From: a virus | Virus record (IMG/VR): IMGVR_UViG_3300017746_000002 | Location: 59,270 to 123,269 of that record | Length of the DNA: 64,000 nucleotides | Direction: 5' to 3' (one strand) | Shown: positions 40,968-50,807 of the stretch, in pieces | Layout of the letters: each line of letters opens with the position of its first letter | Numbering within the stretch: the first letter of the stretch is position 1 | Program-made: the position numbers and the translations under genes | Notes under the pieces: model-generated | What the model was told of the DNA's origin: nothing | What the model saw: the letters and a program-made list of their open reading frames with translations, nothing else | Database searches by the model: none

Positions 40968-43739
40968 TTACTTTTTCTTCTTATCTTCTTTCTTTTTTGC
41001 ATTACTTTTTACATCATACTGGTTTTTATTTTCCCTAGCTATCTGTAGATTTGTATCTGCTATTTGTCTCTGATTAGATAATTTTTCTCTTTCTATTTCA
41101 AGTTTAGATTGATTATTAGCATTGTCTGTTGCAGACTGTTCTCTTTTAAGATTCATTTGCTCTCTATACTGATCTCTTTCACGTATATCTTGCATTGCAT
41201 CTTGGAAATCATTTTGTTGATTTTGGTTAATATCAACCCCAGCTCCATAACTAGCTGATCTTATCTCAGCAACAGTAATGTCTTTTTGAATTTCTTGCTC
41301 TGTTTTTTCTTTCTCAAATGCTCTTTGTTTTTCAGCTTCTTGAGCTTGTGCTTGAATTTGTTGTTCTTGCATTTGTTGTTGCTGTTGCATTTGTTCTTGT
41401 TTTTCTTTTTCTGTTCTACTTTGAGCATCTTTAAGAATATCAGTAACCTCTGCAATTGAATCTGCTTTTATAACATTTCCAAGATCATAAATTGTAGCAC
41501 CAGTAGTATTATTTGTAAGTGCCATTTGTTTTAACTGCTCTAATGTATTTCTATGATTAGTTTTAGTTGTGCAAAAAATATTAAAATCTCTCATTAATAA
41601 ATCTGTACCATTTATTGTAAAGTTAACTTTTTCAGCTTCAGAAGACATGTATGATAACCTTAATGATGGTTTGGTAGAATTATAATATTGAGCTAAATCA
41701 GTTCTCATTGAATGAACTCTTGGCATTAAGTAATCTGAATGATTAACAAAGTATTGTTCAGTTTGAGCATATGATTGTTGCATAGCTTGTGTAATACCTG
41801 TAGCAGTTGCATGTTGATCAATAGGTGATCCCATTCTTTGTTGATTAATACCTAATGCTTCAAATGCTTGTTGTTTAAAATGATTAGCTAATTGAATTCT
41901 AGACATTAATCTATTTGTTTGTTCTAAGTTTAATGTTTGATAATGGTTAAAGTTAGTAGCATTTTCTGTATTAGTAATAGAAGTATCTAATGGCATCATG
42001 CCAAAATCTTTCATTGCTACATAAGCTTTAGCTAAATTATTCTTACCCCAATCTTCACCCATTGAGTGACGTGGTAATGCATTTTGATCAAACATAATAA
42101 CAGTACCTAGCTCATCTACTAGAATATCTGCTATTTGATTATTAACCATATTATATCCAATTTGATATGGTTTCATTAAATCTACAAGTGAAGTAGATCT
42201 TGTATTTCTGTCAGAGAATACTCTTCCTTCTACCGGAAGTTTACATCCATATAAAGAATTATCACCTTTAAACTGGTACTGTACTCTACCAACTTCACGT
42301 TGATTAATACCTAAATATAAAGGATTTAATTCATCAGATGTTTCTGTTCTCCATGATGTAGGTGCATTTGGTCCAATTTTTACACCACCCCAAACTTCAT
42401 TAATCCATATCCAGTCAATATGCTCTCCTTCTATAAGATTATCTTTTGTTTTTTCTTTAAATAATTTAGTATTATAAATTGGCTTTTCTGTTACTTTATA
42501 ACCTTCATCAATTATTTCTTGTATAATATCACCTTCTAAAGTAATTCTTGTTAAGTGACCTATTTTTCTTTGTGTTTTCCAATATGCTGTTGTAACTCTT
42601 AACATATCCCCGTCACCCCAAGTATTTATATCATCACCTTCACCTAAGATCCAATTTACTATATCTCCACCACCTCCAGGATTAGCATCCCAGTTACTCA
42701 TAAACTGTCTATATGCTAAACTAGGTTGTTCTGTATTCCAAGCATGTGATTTTGTTGAATCATAATAAGAGCCATCATTCTGCATTCCTCTTACCATATA
42801 TCTAGCATTTGCAGCAGGATGTATTTGGTTCATAGAATAAAGCTGATCTTCATTCATAAGATAACCATATTTATCAATTACATCTGCTACAGTCATCATA
42901 TCACATTTACCAACAAAGTTTGAATCAGCAATATATCTTGAGTCAGGGGATTTTTGATAAAATGTTAAAGCTGGATTCCATAATTCAACATCATAATCAT
43001 CTTCCATCATTCTAAAATGCCAAAATTCTCTATCACAAATAAGCATATCACGGAAACCTCTTTCCTCTAACTCATTCATTTTAAATCTTTCTTCATCAAC
43101 ATTTAACTGATGGGATGCCCATTCTTCAACTAAGCTTCTATAATCTTTAGAAAAGAAATCTTCTATTTCAGGAAGTGTTTTTAAATTTTCTGTAGATAAT
43201 TGTTCTTGTACTTCTTCTGATTCAGGATCTGCACCTTGATTGATCATTTCTATCATCAAGTTGTTATATGCATCTGTCAATAAATTTTCTTCTATTAATG
43301 ATCTTTTTTCTTCAAGCATTTCATTATAAGAAGTATCATCAACTGCTCTAAACTGTACTTTATGAAACCTTTTAGTAAACTCACCCGTAAGTACATTAAC
43401 AACATTTGGTATAATAGGATAAAACTTTAACTCTAATGCAGAATCATCTTCTTGTGTAAGTACCTCAAGTAAGTCTCTATATTCATTATTTTCTTCAACT
43501 ATATAATCTGTTTTATCAATTATACCTTTTGCTAACTTATAATTCTTTAATACTTTACGTGCATTTTTTCTAAGAAAATCTAAACCTCTTACTTCTAACC
43601 AGTCCATATTCCACTGAGTCCAGTTTTCATCTTTTTCTTTTGATGAAACAAATTGTATCGGCTGTGTTAAAGATGCGTGTACAGAAGGGCCTTTAGTTTT
43701 AGCACCTTTCTTTAATTGCATTGCATTAAGTACTTTCAT
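40968..43739 (-). CDS. Portal protein
   Basis: FYPIIPNVVNVLTGE, WINEVWGG, SLVDLMKPYQ, GINQQRMG; Q-rich coiled C-terminus; after TerL. Confidence 0.9.
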   Translation of the reverse strand: MKVLNAMQLKKGAKTKGPSVHASLTQPIQFVSSKEKDENWTQWNMDWLEVRGLDFLRKNARKVLKNYKLAKGIIDKTDYIVEENNEYRDLLEVLTQEDDSALELKFYPIIPNVVNVLTGEFTKRFHKVQFRAVDDTSYNEMLEEKRSLIEENLLTDAYNNLMIEMINQGADPESEEVQEQLSTENLKTLPEIEDFFSKDYRSLVEEWASHQLNVDEERFKMNELEERGFRDMLICDREFWHFRMMEDDYDVELWNPALTFYQKSPDSRYIADSNFVGKCDMMTVADVIDKYGYLMNEDQLYSMNQIHPAANARYMVRGMQNDGSYYDSTKSHAWNTEQPSLAYRQFMSNWDANPGGGGDIVNWILGEGDDINTWGDGDMLRVTTAYWKTQRKIGHLTRITLEGDIIQEIIDEGYKVTEKPIYNTKLFKEKTKDNLIEGEHIDWIWINEVWGGVKIGPNAPTSWRTETSDELNPLYLGINQREVGRVQYQFKGDNSLYGCKLPVEGRVFSDRNTRSTSLVDLMKPYQIGYNMVNNQIADILVDELGTVIMFDQNALPRHSMGEDWGKNNLAKAYVAMKDFGMMPLDTSITNTENATNFNHYQTLNLEQTNRLMSRIQLANHFKQQAFEALGINQQRMGSPIDQHATATGITQAMQQSYAQTEQYFVNHSDYLMPRVHSMRTDLAQYYNSTKPSLRLSYMSSEAEKVNFTINGTDLLMRDFNIFCTTKTNHRNTLEQLKQMALTNNTTGATIYDLGNVIKADSIAEVTDILKDAQSRTEKEKQEQMQQQQQMQEQQIQAQAQEAEKQRAFEKEKTEQEIQKDITVAEIRSASYGAGVDINQNQQNDFQDAMQDIRERDQYREQMNLKREQSATDNANNQSKLEIEREKLSNQRQIADTNLQIARENKNQYDVKSNAKKKEDKKKK

Positions 43740-43742
43740 ATT

Positions 43743-43856
43743 CTAGTTATCTTTTGTTATTGATTCTTCATAAATAAATTTACTAATATATATGTACTCA
43801 ATAAAAGAGAATTCTCCTGTTCCGTCTACTGTTGTTGTTGTTACCCAATCATACAT
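43743..43856 (-). CDS. 37-aa micro-ORF between TerL and portal (not in ORF track)
   Basis: TAATG overlap with the TerL stop; MYDWVTTTTVDGTGEFSFIEYIYISKFIYEESITKDN. Confidence 0.5.
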   Translation of the reverse strand: MYDWVTTTTVDGTGEFSFIEYIYISKFIYEESITKDN

Positions 43857-46042
43857 TATTTCAAGTTTTTATATGGAGATCTCTTTTTACGTTTTCCTGA
43901 TAATTTATTTCTACCTATGTTTCTAAAAGGTCCTATACTTAATTTACTAAATTTCTTTGAGTTATCCAAAGGTTCAAGAGACTTATCTCTTTCTTTTCTC
44001 TTTGCATAGCCTCTATTTGCTTGTTGTATCTTAACAAAAGCAACTAACGCTGCAAATGCCACAAGTCTATCCACGTTTAATCCTGGGTAATATTGAAGCA
44101 TTTCTGTTAGTAACATTTTGTCAGGAATCCTTTCTACTCCATATGTTACATTCATTACTTCACCATTATCATCTAGCTCTTCATCCGTTGCTTCTCTTAT
44201 AAACTCAATAGCATAAGATATTAAATGACTCTTAAATAAATTACCTGTATTTTTCCAGCCATATTCTTGAAATACATTATTATTAGAACCAAGATCTTTT
44301 AAGAATACAATCTGTTGTTTAGGTACTAACCATTTTTGTTTTCTCCTAGCAATCATATGTTGTATAAATAATGATATATTATTTTCTACTAGTGTCCAAG
44401 CTCTATACCATTCAATAATTAATTCTAATTGCTCATGTGTTTTATTAATGTCATCATATCTTCCACACCATGATGCAACAATTTTATCACCTTCTATAAA
44501 AACTTCTAAACCATCTTGTGTTTCTTTTGTTACTTCAACAGCATTTTTATACACAAATATTGAACATAATGAATCTGATGTTGTAGTTTTTCCTTCTGAG
44601 ACAGGGTCAATAGAAGCATAGTAAGTTCCAAACTCAGGATTTTCAATAGGTCTTTCCCATACAACTAAACATCCAGTTTTATCTTCTCTTTTTTTATTTA
44701 CTGGAAATTCATTTATAGGTAATTTTTTACTTGTACTTGCTTTTATACCATCTTGGTCTCTTTCTAATTTTATAAGTTCATATGAGTATTCTTTATCTTC
44801 AATTCTTTTAATTTGTTTTGACAAAAAACTTTGTGGAAATATTGATTCTTTTCTATATGCAAATGCTTCAGCAATGTCAATTGGTTTTTGTGAAATCCTT
44901 AATTGAAAAGCTTCTGCTTCAAGATCTCTTTTCCATTCTATCCTTTCTTGTCTAATTGATTCAAGTGCTTCCTCAATTAAAGAATTACCATAGTCATCTA
45001 TAAAAGGTGGCATTGACCATTGCTCTGGTATAAATAAACCAGCTATACCAATTGTTCCTTTATCATCCATTAGATCTGTTTCAACACCTAATATACCATT
45101 TGCTTCAGGATTAAGTATAAAATTCTTAAGTGGTTTACAATGATCTAAATCACCCACAGATCCAGCTGCAATAAACTGTCCTGTTGTCATCATACCAGAA
45201 GACATTGCAGGACGTAGGTATTCATATGTTAATCCCATCTTTGGTGCAATACCTGCTTCTTCATGAAAGAAATAAGTACATGGTCCCCCTACTCCAGCTG
45301 TTGCATTCTTTTCAAAAGAAGAACCTTGTATTTTAGATCTAAGCCCTTTTTGTGTTTTTCTGTTGTTTATTCTTACCTCAATTTTCTGTTCCCATAAAAG
45401 AACCTTACCAGGATTAGATGGTCTATACCAAGCTGTATGTTCATTTAGAAATGTCTGATACTCATCTAAGAACTTCCAGGATCCTTTATCATTTATATAA
45501 TCTTTTAATGATGATCCAATCTTTAACACGGCACCTTCTTCAAACCAATACATATTTATTAGTTTACCCATATGAAAATAAGATGATGCTATCTGTCTTT
45601 TTTTAAGTATTGCAACATGTTTATAATTAATTTCAGCCATTATTTCATATAAGGCCATATGATATTGTGCATCTCTTACTTTAGCAAAACCATATGCCTT
45701 TTCCTCCTTATCATATATAGGAAGGAAATTTAACCACATATAATAATCTCTAGTTAAATACCAAGTATTTTTTTTATTCTTGTATATAACCCCTTGTCTA
45801 CATTTATTCTTTTGGTCTTCCCAATACTTCATAAAGTCTTTTGACCTCATTGGTTTATCACAATAAAAACCTTGAGAATTAAATAAGACTGCTTGTTCAT
45901 TAAATAACAACGCAGTCTCATCAAATTCATATTTACCAGGTTCAAAAAATATTGAATCAATAAATTCCCTAAAAGATTCTATTGATTCAAATTCTGAAGT
46001 TGTCCAAGTTCCATTATCATATGTAGGTATAACTTTATACAC
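43856..46042 (-). CDS. terL: Terminase large subunit
   Basis: LKKRQIASS Walker A variant, FFHEEAG Walker B, ASIDP and NVDRL nuclease motifs. Confidence 0.92.
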   Translation of the reverse strand: MYKVIPTYDNGTWTTSEFESIESFREFIDSIFFEPGKYEFDETALLFNEQAVLFNSQGFYCDKPMRSKDFMKYWEDQKNKCRQGVIYKNKKNTWYLTRDYYMWLNFLPIYDKEEKAYGFAKVRDAQYHMALYEIMAEINYKHVAILKKRQIASSYFHMGKLINMYWFEEGAVLKIGSSLKDYINDKGSWKFLDEYQTFLNEHTAWYRPSNPGKVLLWEQKIEVRINNRKTQKGLRSKIQGSSFEKNATAGVGGPCTYFFHEEAGIAPKMGLTYEYLRPAMSSGMMTTGQFIAAGSVGDLDHCKPLKNFILNPEANGILGVETDLMDDKGTIGIAGLFIPEQWSMPPFIDDYGNSLIEEALESIRQERIEWKRDLEAEAFQLRISQKPIDIAEAFAYRKESIFPQSFLSKQIKRIEDKEYSYELIKLERDQDGIKASTSKKLPINEFPVNKKREDKTGCLVVWERPIENPEFGTYYASIDPVSEGKTTTSDSLCSIFVYKNAVEVTKETQDGLEVFIEGDKIVASWCGRYDDINKTHEQLELIIEWYRAWTLVENNISLFIQHMIARRKQKWLVPKQQIVFLKDLGSNNNVFQEYGWKNTGNLFKSHLISYAIEFIREATDEELDDNGEVMNVTYGVERIPDKMLLTEMLQYYPGLNVDRLVAFAALVAFVKIQQANRGYAKRKERDKSLEPLDNSKKFSKLSIGPFRNIGRNKLSGKRKKRSPYKNLK

Positions 46043-46313
46043 TTACAATAATAGCTAATATATCATGTTGCTCTATGAGTAAATGTGTTTCTCCATCATG
46101 TTTCATAGGTACTGGGTTAGCATGCTCACTGTACTGTACACAATCACCTTCTTGGATTCCTTGTACAGCTTCTCCAACACATATAACAATTGCTTTATTT
46201 TGTTGTGTTTGTTGATTCTCAGGAATAAATATACCTGTATCACCATATGTTTCTGCTGCCTTTTGTTGTTTAATTAGGACTCTATGTCCAATTGGAATTA
46301 CCTTGTCTGTCAT
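46035..46313 (-). CDS. groES: Co-chaperonin GroES (Cpn10)
   Basis: PIGHRVLIK...GIFIP...VICVG...EGDCV...LLIEQHDILAI. Confidence 0.9.
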   Translation of the reverse strand: MTDKVIPIGHRVLIKQQKAAETYGDTGIFIPENQQTQQNKAIVICVGEAVQGIQEGDCVQYSEHANPVPMKHDGETHLLIEQHDILAIIVSV

Positions 46314-46335
46314 TTTATTGATTTTAAATTAGTTA

Positions 46336-46854
46336 TTATAGTTGATCATATGCAAGTCCTTGCCCACCACGAACAGAACTTTTTTGTTCATCTTTCATAT
46401 CATTATATGCTCCCTTAAAAGATTGTCTAATTGAGTCAAAGTTTTTAGCAGCACTTACTAGAGAATTTATATTACCATCTCTACCGTGCTCAATTGAAGT
46501 GCTTTCCATATACTTTGCTAATTTATCAATCATAGATTTAATACCTTTATAAGCTCTAAAGGTTGGAGTCTCATATAATTCAGCACATTTATCTAGTGCG
46601 TATCTTATCTTAGAACATTCTAGTGACTCTTCCATTACTATTTCATCTAAGATTATTTCTTCTTTATCTACCTCTGGTACATTAAAAAATGGATTAAGAT
46701 CTGGATCAGGACATGTCATGTAAAATAAGTATTGATACACTGATAGATGTGTATCAGGATATTTATCCATAATTGCTTTTAAAAACTTTAAAGTATAACA
46801 ATGTTCTGTTGGTATAACCTTACCGTTTGATATATCAAATAATTTTACTAACAT
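46336..46854 (-). CDS. Conserved hypothetical protein (terminase small subunit candidate); likely start MLVKLF
   Basis: Helical 172 aa near terL; start shifted to reduce overlap. Confidence 0.45.
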   Translation of the reverse strand: MLVKLFDISNGKVIPTEHCYTLKFLKAIMDKYPDTHLSVYQYLFYMTCPDPDLNPFFNVPEVDKEEIILDEIVMEESLECSKIRYALDKCAELYETPTFRAYKGIKSMIDKLAKYMESTSIEHGRDGNINSLVSAAKNFDSIRQSFKGAYNDMKDEQKSSVRGGQGLAYDQL

Positions 46855-47678
46855 AATGAATTTTCTTTTAACCACATTATTAATGATCTTACTTCATCCT
46901 TTAAATATGGAAGATCATACATTTTTAATTCTTTTAGTACAGGTTCATCATTTACATACTTTGTAATAGGATACCCATACTTATCTTTACTTGTTTCTTC
47001 AAACTTAACATGTTGTATAATAAGTTTGCCTGGTTTTAATTTAGGATTATGTTTTAGTATTATATACATATATAAACTTAATTGTATATTATAATGACTC
47101 AAATGACAATCATCTAAATGTGATAATGGTTTAAACATTTTAGATGTTACACCTTCCCAGTTTGTAAAACCTTTCTCCTTTATTTCTTTATTAGTTTTAT
47201 AATCAGTAATGTTTACCTTTCCATTAACAATTGTTACTAAATCAGCTTGACCACATATACATGCTGATTTTAAGTACGCAAAGTGTTCTGGATATACACC
47301 ATCAGTTAATTTTTGATCTGGAGCTATTTTAACACCGCTTTTATCAACTATAGGTCTTATGATAGGTACTTCTATCCCTTCACGTTCTATTGTCTTAAAA
47401 TCAAGCAATCCTTGTTCTCTTTCATCATGATACCAATTACCTAATTCAATAGCACGTTCACTTTCTTTTTTCCAAATATCTCTAACTTCTTTTGGTTTAA
47501 GACCAAACCATTTAGAACGTTTATTCTTACATGATTTTTCTGATATTGCTTTAGCATCAAATTTAGGTTTAAACTTACTAATAAATGAAGTTACACTTGT
47601 CCATTTAATTTGATCTTTTTTTAAGTCTTCATCTAAACTTTCATATATGTGCCCATCTTCTTTAAATATTACAGCCAT
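46848..47678 (-). CDS. PD-(D/E)XK (Cas4/RecB-like) nuclease
   Basis: SVT, GNWYH, CGQADL, ITDYKT, YNIQLSLY. Confidence 0.8.
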   Translation of the reverse strand: MAVIFKEDGHIYESLDEDLKKDQIKWTSVTSFISKFKPKFDAKAISEKSCKNKRSKWFGLKPKEVRDIWKKESERAIELGNWYHDEREQGLLDFKTIEREGIEVPIIRPIVDKSGVKIAPDQKLTDGVYPEHFAYLKSACICGQADLVTIVNGKVNITDYKTNKEIKEKGFTNWEGVTSKMFKPLSHLDDCHLSHYNIQLSLYMYIILKHNPKLKPGKLIIQHVKFEETSKDKYGYPITKYVNDEPVLKELKMYDLPYLKDEVRSLIMWLKENSLC

Positions 47679-47686
47679 TTTATTTA

Positions 47687-48007
47687 TTATTGATTATCAT
47701 TCATTTTTCTAATAATTTCAGCTTCTTGCTCTGCAGTTACATGTGCTTTCCATTTATTTTTTGGACATGATGCAGATAATGCTCTTGTCTTAAAGCCTAA
47801 ACTACAGCCACAATCAGCACAACATGGTTGAGTTCCAGGTGCCGCACATTGACCACCTATAGTATCTAGGTGCTCACATCCTTTACATATCTGCCATCTG
47901 TGATTTGCAATTTCTTCTATCCACGGTTTTTTAAAAGTTTTATTTTTAATTCCTTCAACAATATGGTCAATGTTCTTTAGACCTTGAAATAGTTTATTTA
48001 GTTTCAT
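47687..48007 (-). CDS. Small Cys-rich zinc-binding protein
   Basis: RWQICKGC...CCADCGC...CPKNKW. Confidence 0.65.
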   Translation of the reverse strand: MKLNKLFQGLKNIDHIVEGIKNKTFKKPWIEEIANHRWQICKGCEHLDTIGGQCAAPGTQPCCADCGCSLGFKTRALSASCPKNKWKAHVTAEQEAEIIRKMNDNQ

Positions 48008-48392
48008 CTTTCCATTTTTTTTTATTGGTTATTTCTTGTTCAACTCTTTTTATTGCTTTTTCCATTTTAATTAACTTAGCTTTTACAGGTAAATGATTAC
48101 CATATCCTGTATAAGTTGTTTTTTCTATATTACCAAGCATATCCTTATGTCTTTTAATTGCTCTATCTAATCTACCTTTTCTTAATGTAAAAGTACCTAG
48201 ATTAGGAAGTAATATACGTGTATGTTCTAATTCTTCTAAATTTTTTCTAACCTCATTATAAAAAAATCTTACTAATTCTTCTACTAAGTCTTCATGAACC
48301 TGACATTCTTTAGCTATTGTACTAAAAAACTCCTTATAGGATTTTGGATTTAGGTGGTCATTTTTATCTTCCAATCTCATCAGCTGTACCAA
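47994..48392 (-). CDS. HU/IHF-like DNA-binding protein
   Basis: IAKE...VEELV...ILLPNLGTFTL. Confidence 0.65.
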   Translation of the reverse strand: MVQLMRLEDKNDHLNPKSYKEFFSTIAKECQVHEDLVEELVRFFYNEVRKNLEELEHTRILLPNLGTFTLRKGRLDRAIKRHKDMLGNIEKTTYTGYGNHLPVKAKLIKMEKAIKRVEQEITNKKKWKDETK

Positions 48393-48729
48393 GTATCTTA
48401 AAGTCTAATAATATTTGACCATCAACTTGTATTTTCATATCTGGATTTAATATTATATTTTTCCCATCCATTATAATAAGATTTTTCTTTTTAGCTTTTT
48501 GTACAGCATTTCTGCATGATTGAGGGCTTTTAAATATATTAAGACTAGATATATGTTTACAAAAATCAGTAACATTAATAGAACCCTTCTTGGCTAGTTC
48601 TAGAAGACATTCTAAATCTGATTTACTTAATTGTAAATCCTTAAGAAAGCAGAAAGTGATGATCTGATATTTAATCACACCATCCTTCTGCATCTTAATT
48701 CTTTTTTCTACTGTATTTACGAGAGCCAT
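48364..48729 (-). CDS. Winged helix-turn-helix protein
   Basis: LSKSDLECLLEL...SPQSCRNAVQKAKKKNLI...ILNP. Confidence 0.55.
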   Translation of the reverse strand: MALVNTVEKRIKMQKDGVIKYQIITFCFLKDLQLSKSDLECLLELAKKGSINVTDFCKHISSLNIFKSPQSCRNAVQKAKKKNLIIMDGKNIILNPDMKIQVDGQILLDFKILGTADEIGR

Positions 48730-49358
48730 GATGAAGGAATATCTTTACTTTCTAACAATGTATATGTAAAGTTATTACTCCATGTATCTCTAGCCTTTCT
48801 ACATATTTTCATAAACTTTGTCCAATCATCATTACTAGCAATTACTTGACATCCTGCTGACCATTTATCTACTTGTGTAGATTTTTTTCCTGCATGTTTT
48901 GTAGCTCTATGTATATTAATACCAAACAAACCTGTATCAGTAGTTTCTGTATTTAAATTATAAACATCATCTCTGTTGTTATCTCTATATACAGTTACTG
49001 GGTTTTGTTGACCTAATGCTTCATACCTACCTTGATGTTTCCTAATCTTATGTGATTTAGGATACTGACCTGGTTTAAGTATTGCAACACCTTTTTCATC
49101 ATTAATACAATTTTCAACCCAATGTGTACCTGGGTCTGTAGTACAACTCATTTCATGATATATCCAATTACCTTTTTCATCTTTATAAGATATAGTAATT
49201 ATATCATCAAATCTATTAGTTACTTGATTTGCAGTAGCAGAATTTCTAATTCCAATAATGTTTACATTATAAGCTCCGTTCTCAAAAAACTTGTAGCTTC
49301 TTAAGTCCATTGCTCTCTTTAGTTTCTCTATGCTATATTTATTGTCCATTAGCTTCAA
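48717..49358 (-). CDS. L,D-transpeptidase (YkuD)-fold cell wall enzyme, candidate lysin
   Basis: GINIHRA-x14-SAGCQV His/Cys catalytic motif. Confidence 0.65.
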   Translation of the reverse strand: MKLMDNKYSIEKLKRAMDLRSYKFFENGAYNVNIIGIRNSATANQVTNRFDDIITISYKDEKGNWIYHEMSCTTDPGTHWVENCINDEKGVAILKPGQYPKSHKIRKHQGRYEALGQQNPVTVYRDNNRDDVYNLNTETTDTGLFGINIHRATKHAGKKSTQVDKWSAGCQVIASNDDWTKFMKICRKARDTWSNNFTYTLLESKDIPSSWLS

Positions 49359-49683
49359 CCTTTTTCAACTTCCTAGCAGGTGCTGCAGGATTAGGAGGTG
49401 CTGTATCCATAGTAGGGTTCCACTCTTGTCCAGCTTGACTTTTCTTAGCTTGTTCTTCAGCTTGTTTAGTAGCCATTGTCTGTGCAATAAATTGTTGTGC
49501 TTGTAATCTTTCAGCACGTAACTTTTCAATATCTCTTAAAAGCTCTTCATACTCTTTTTGAGTTTTAAGGTGTTTGATATTGTCTTTGTACCAAGCAGTA
49601 ATTTCAGCTTTTTTAGCTTGCATTTCTTTTTCACTTAGTTCATCATTTGAAGGAGTTGAATTCTCCGTAGTTGATTTTGCCAT
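49339..49683 (-). CDS. Hypothetical coiled-coil protein (likely start MAKSTT)
   Basis: ORF; TATCTTTG box at 49714-49721 argues for the downstream ATG. Confidence 0.6.
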   Translation of the reverse strand: MAKSTTENSTPSNDELSEKEMQAKKAEITAWYKDNIKHLKTQKEYEELLRDIEKLRAERLQAQQFIAQTMATKQAEEQAKKSQAGQEWNPTMDTAPPNPAAPARKLKKVEANGQ

Positions 49684-49769
49684 CTTTATGGTTTTTAAAT
49701 TAATATTATAATACAAAGATACAAAAAAAAACTTTATAAATTTAAATAAATGCTAAAAATTTAAAAATA

Positions 49770-50435
49770 TTAATGATAACCATTTAATAATTCTAGTAAA
49801 TCATCTATTGCAGCATGTCTATGGGAATCTTCTAATTGAGCTTTAAAAACATACTTTGAATTAATTAATTTAGCCATATCATGATATGCTGACCAGTTTT
49901 TATCTTTAAGATCTATTTGATATGAGTCACCACAAAATATTATCTTAGAATCTTTACCTAATCTACCTATAGCCATAGCTAACTGACCTCTAGTTAAGTT
50001 TTGAAACTCATCTACTATAACAACAGCATTATCAAATGTACGTCCTCTAAAGTGCGCCAAAGATACTAATTCTACAGATTCATCCTTTTCCATTTTATCT
50101 AATAGATCCGGCTTATTATATACTTTACGCATATTAGAACGTATAGGAACAAGCCACGGTTCCATTTTTTCACGTTCAGAACCTGGAAGAAAACCATTAT
50201 CTTCTGTAGATATAGTTGGTCTTGTAATAATAATCTTATTATACTGTCTTTTGAAAAATTGATCTAATGCTACTTGTACTGCTAATAGTGTTTTTCCACT
50301 ACCTGCTTTTCCAACTAAAAAGTTAAATGGGTGTTTTAATATTTCTGTTTTAGCTTTTTTTTGTTCATCAGATAAGCTAATTGAAAATCTAATTGATCCT
50401 TTAGGAGGATTTTTCTTTATGTTCTGTGTTGGCAT
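49770..50435 (-). CDS. phoH: PhoH-family ATPase
   Basis: GKAGSGKT, GFLPG, RGRTF, VDEFQN, GDSYQID, HRH. Confidence 0.93.
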   Translation of the reverse strand: MPTQNIKKNPPKGSIRFSISLSDEQKKAKTEILKHPFNFLVGKAGSGKTLLAVQVALDQFFKRQYNKIIITRPTISTEDNGFLPGSEREKMEPWLVPIRSNMRKVYNKPDLLDKMEKDESVELVSLAHFRGRTFDNAVVIVDEFQNLTRGQLAMAIGRLGKDSKIIFCGDSYQIDLKDKNWSAYHDMAKLINSKYVFKAQLEDSHRHAAIDDLLELLNGYH

Positions 50436-50736
50436 CTTTAATGAATAAGTTCATAATATCTCTAATTTTTGCACACTTTTCATATTCTTCTTCTTCAATG
50501 AAGTAATCCATCATGTTTTGCATGCTGTCCAAATTTCTTCCTGTATCTAATGGTGATTCAGGATCATGTGCTAATATAACACCAGCATCCTCTTTTAAAA
50601 TGAATTTTAAAGTAGTTTTACCTATTATTATATCAAAGGAATTTCTAAAAGCTTTGTCTAAAAGAAGGTACTCCGCTTCTAGTCTTTGTGATTCTGATAA
50701 ACCATTGTACTCATCTAACGGATCTAATTCTGACAT
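50401..50736 (-). CDS. UvrB/UvrC-motif protein
   Basis: MDYFIEEEEYEKCAKIRD; TAACTTTG box at 50756-50763. Confidence 0.6.
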   Translation of the reverse strand: MSELDPLDEYNGLSESQRLEAEYLLLDKAFRNSFDIIIGKTTLKFILKEDAGVILAHDPESPLDTGRNLDSMQNMMDYFIEEEEYEKCAKIRDIMNLFIKDANTEHKEKSS

Positions 50737-50807
50737 AGTATTATGTTTTTGGTTGCAAAGTTATAAACTATTTTATATAACTTCCTAATTATTATTCAAT
50801 TATTTTT

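Noticed and set aside
43856-46042. Intein or intron in terminase (also checked capsid and portal)
   Set aside because: Continuous ORFs of ordinary length without splicing motifs
46848-47678. Cas4 implying a CRISPR-Cas system
   Set aside because: No Fe-S cysteine set, array or other cas genes; stand-alone PD-(D/E)XK nuclease
50764-50776. 13-bp repeat TAAACTATTTTAT also at 56255-56267, flanking the polyprotein gene
   Set aside because: Almost all A/T in AT-rich gaps, so likely chance; no integrase or transposase nearby
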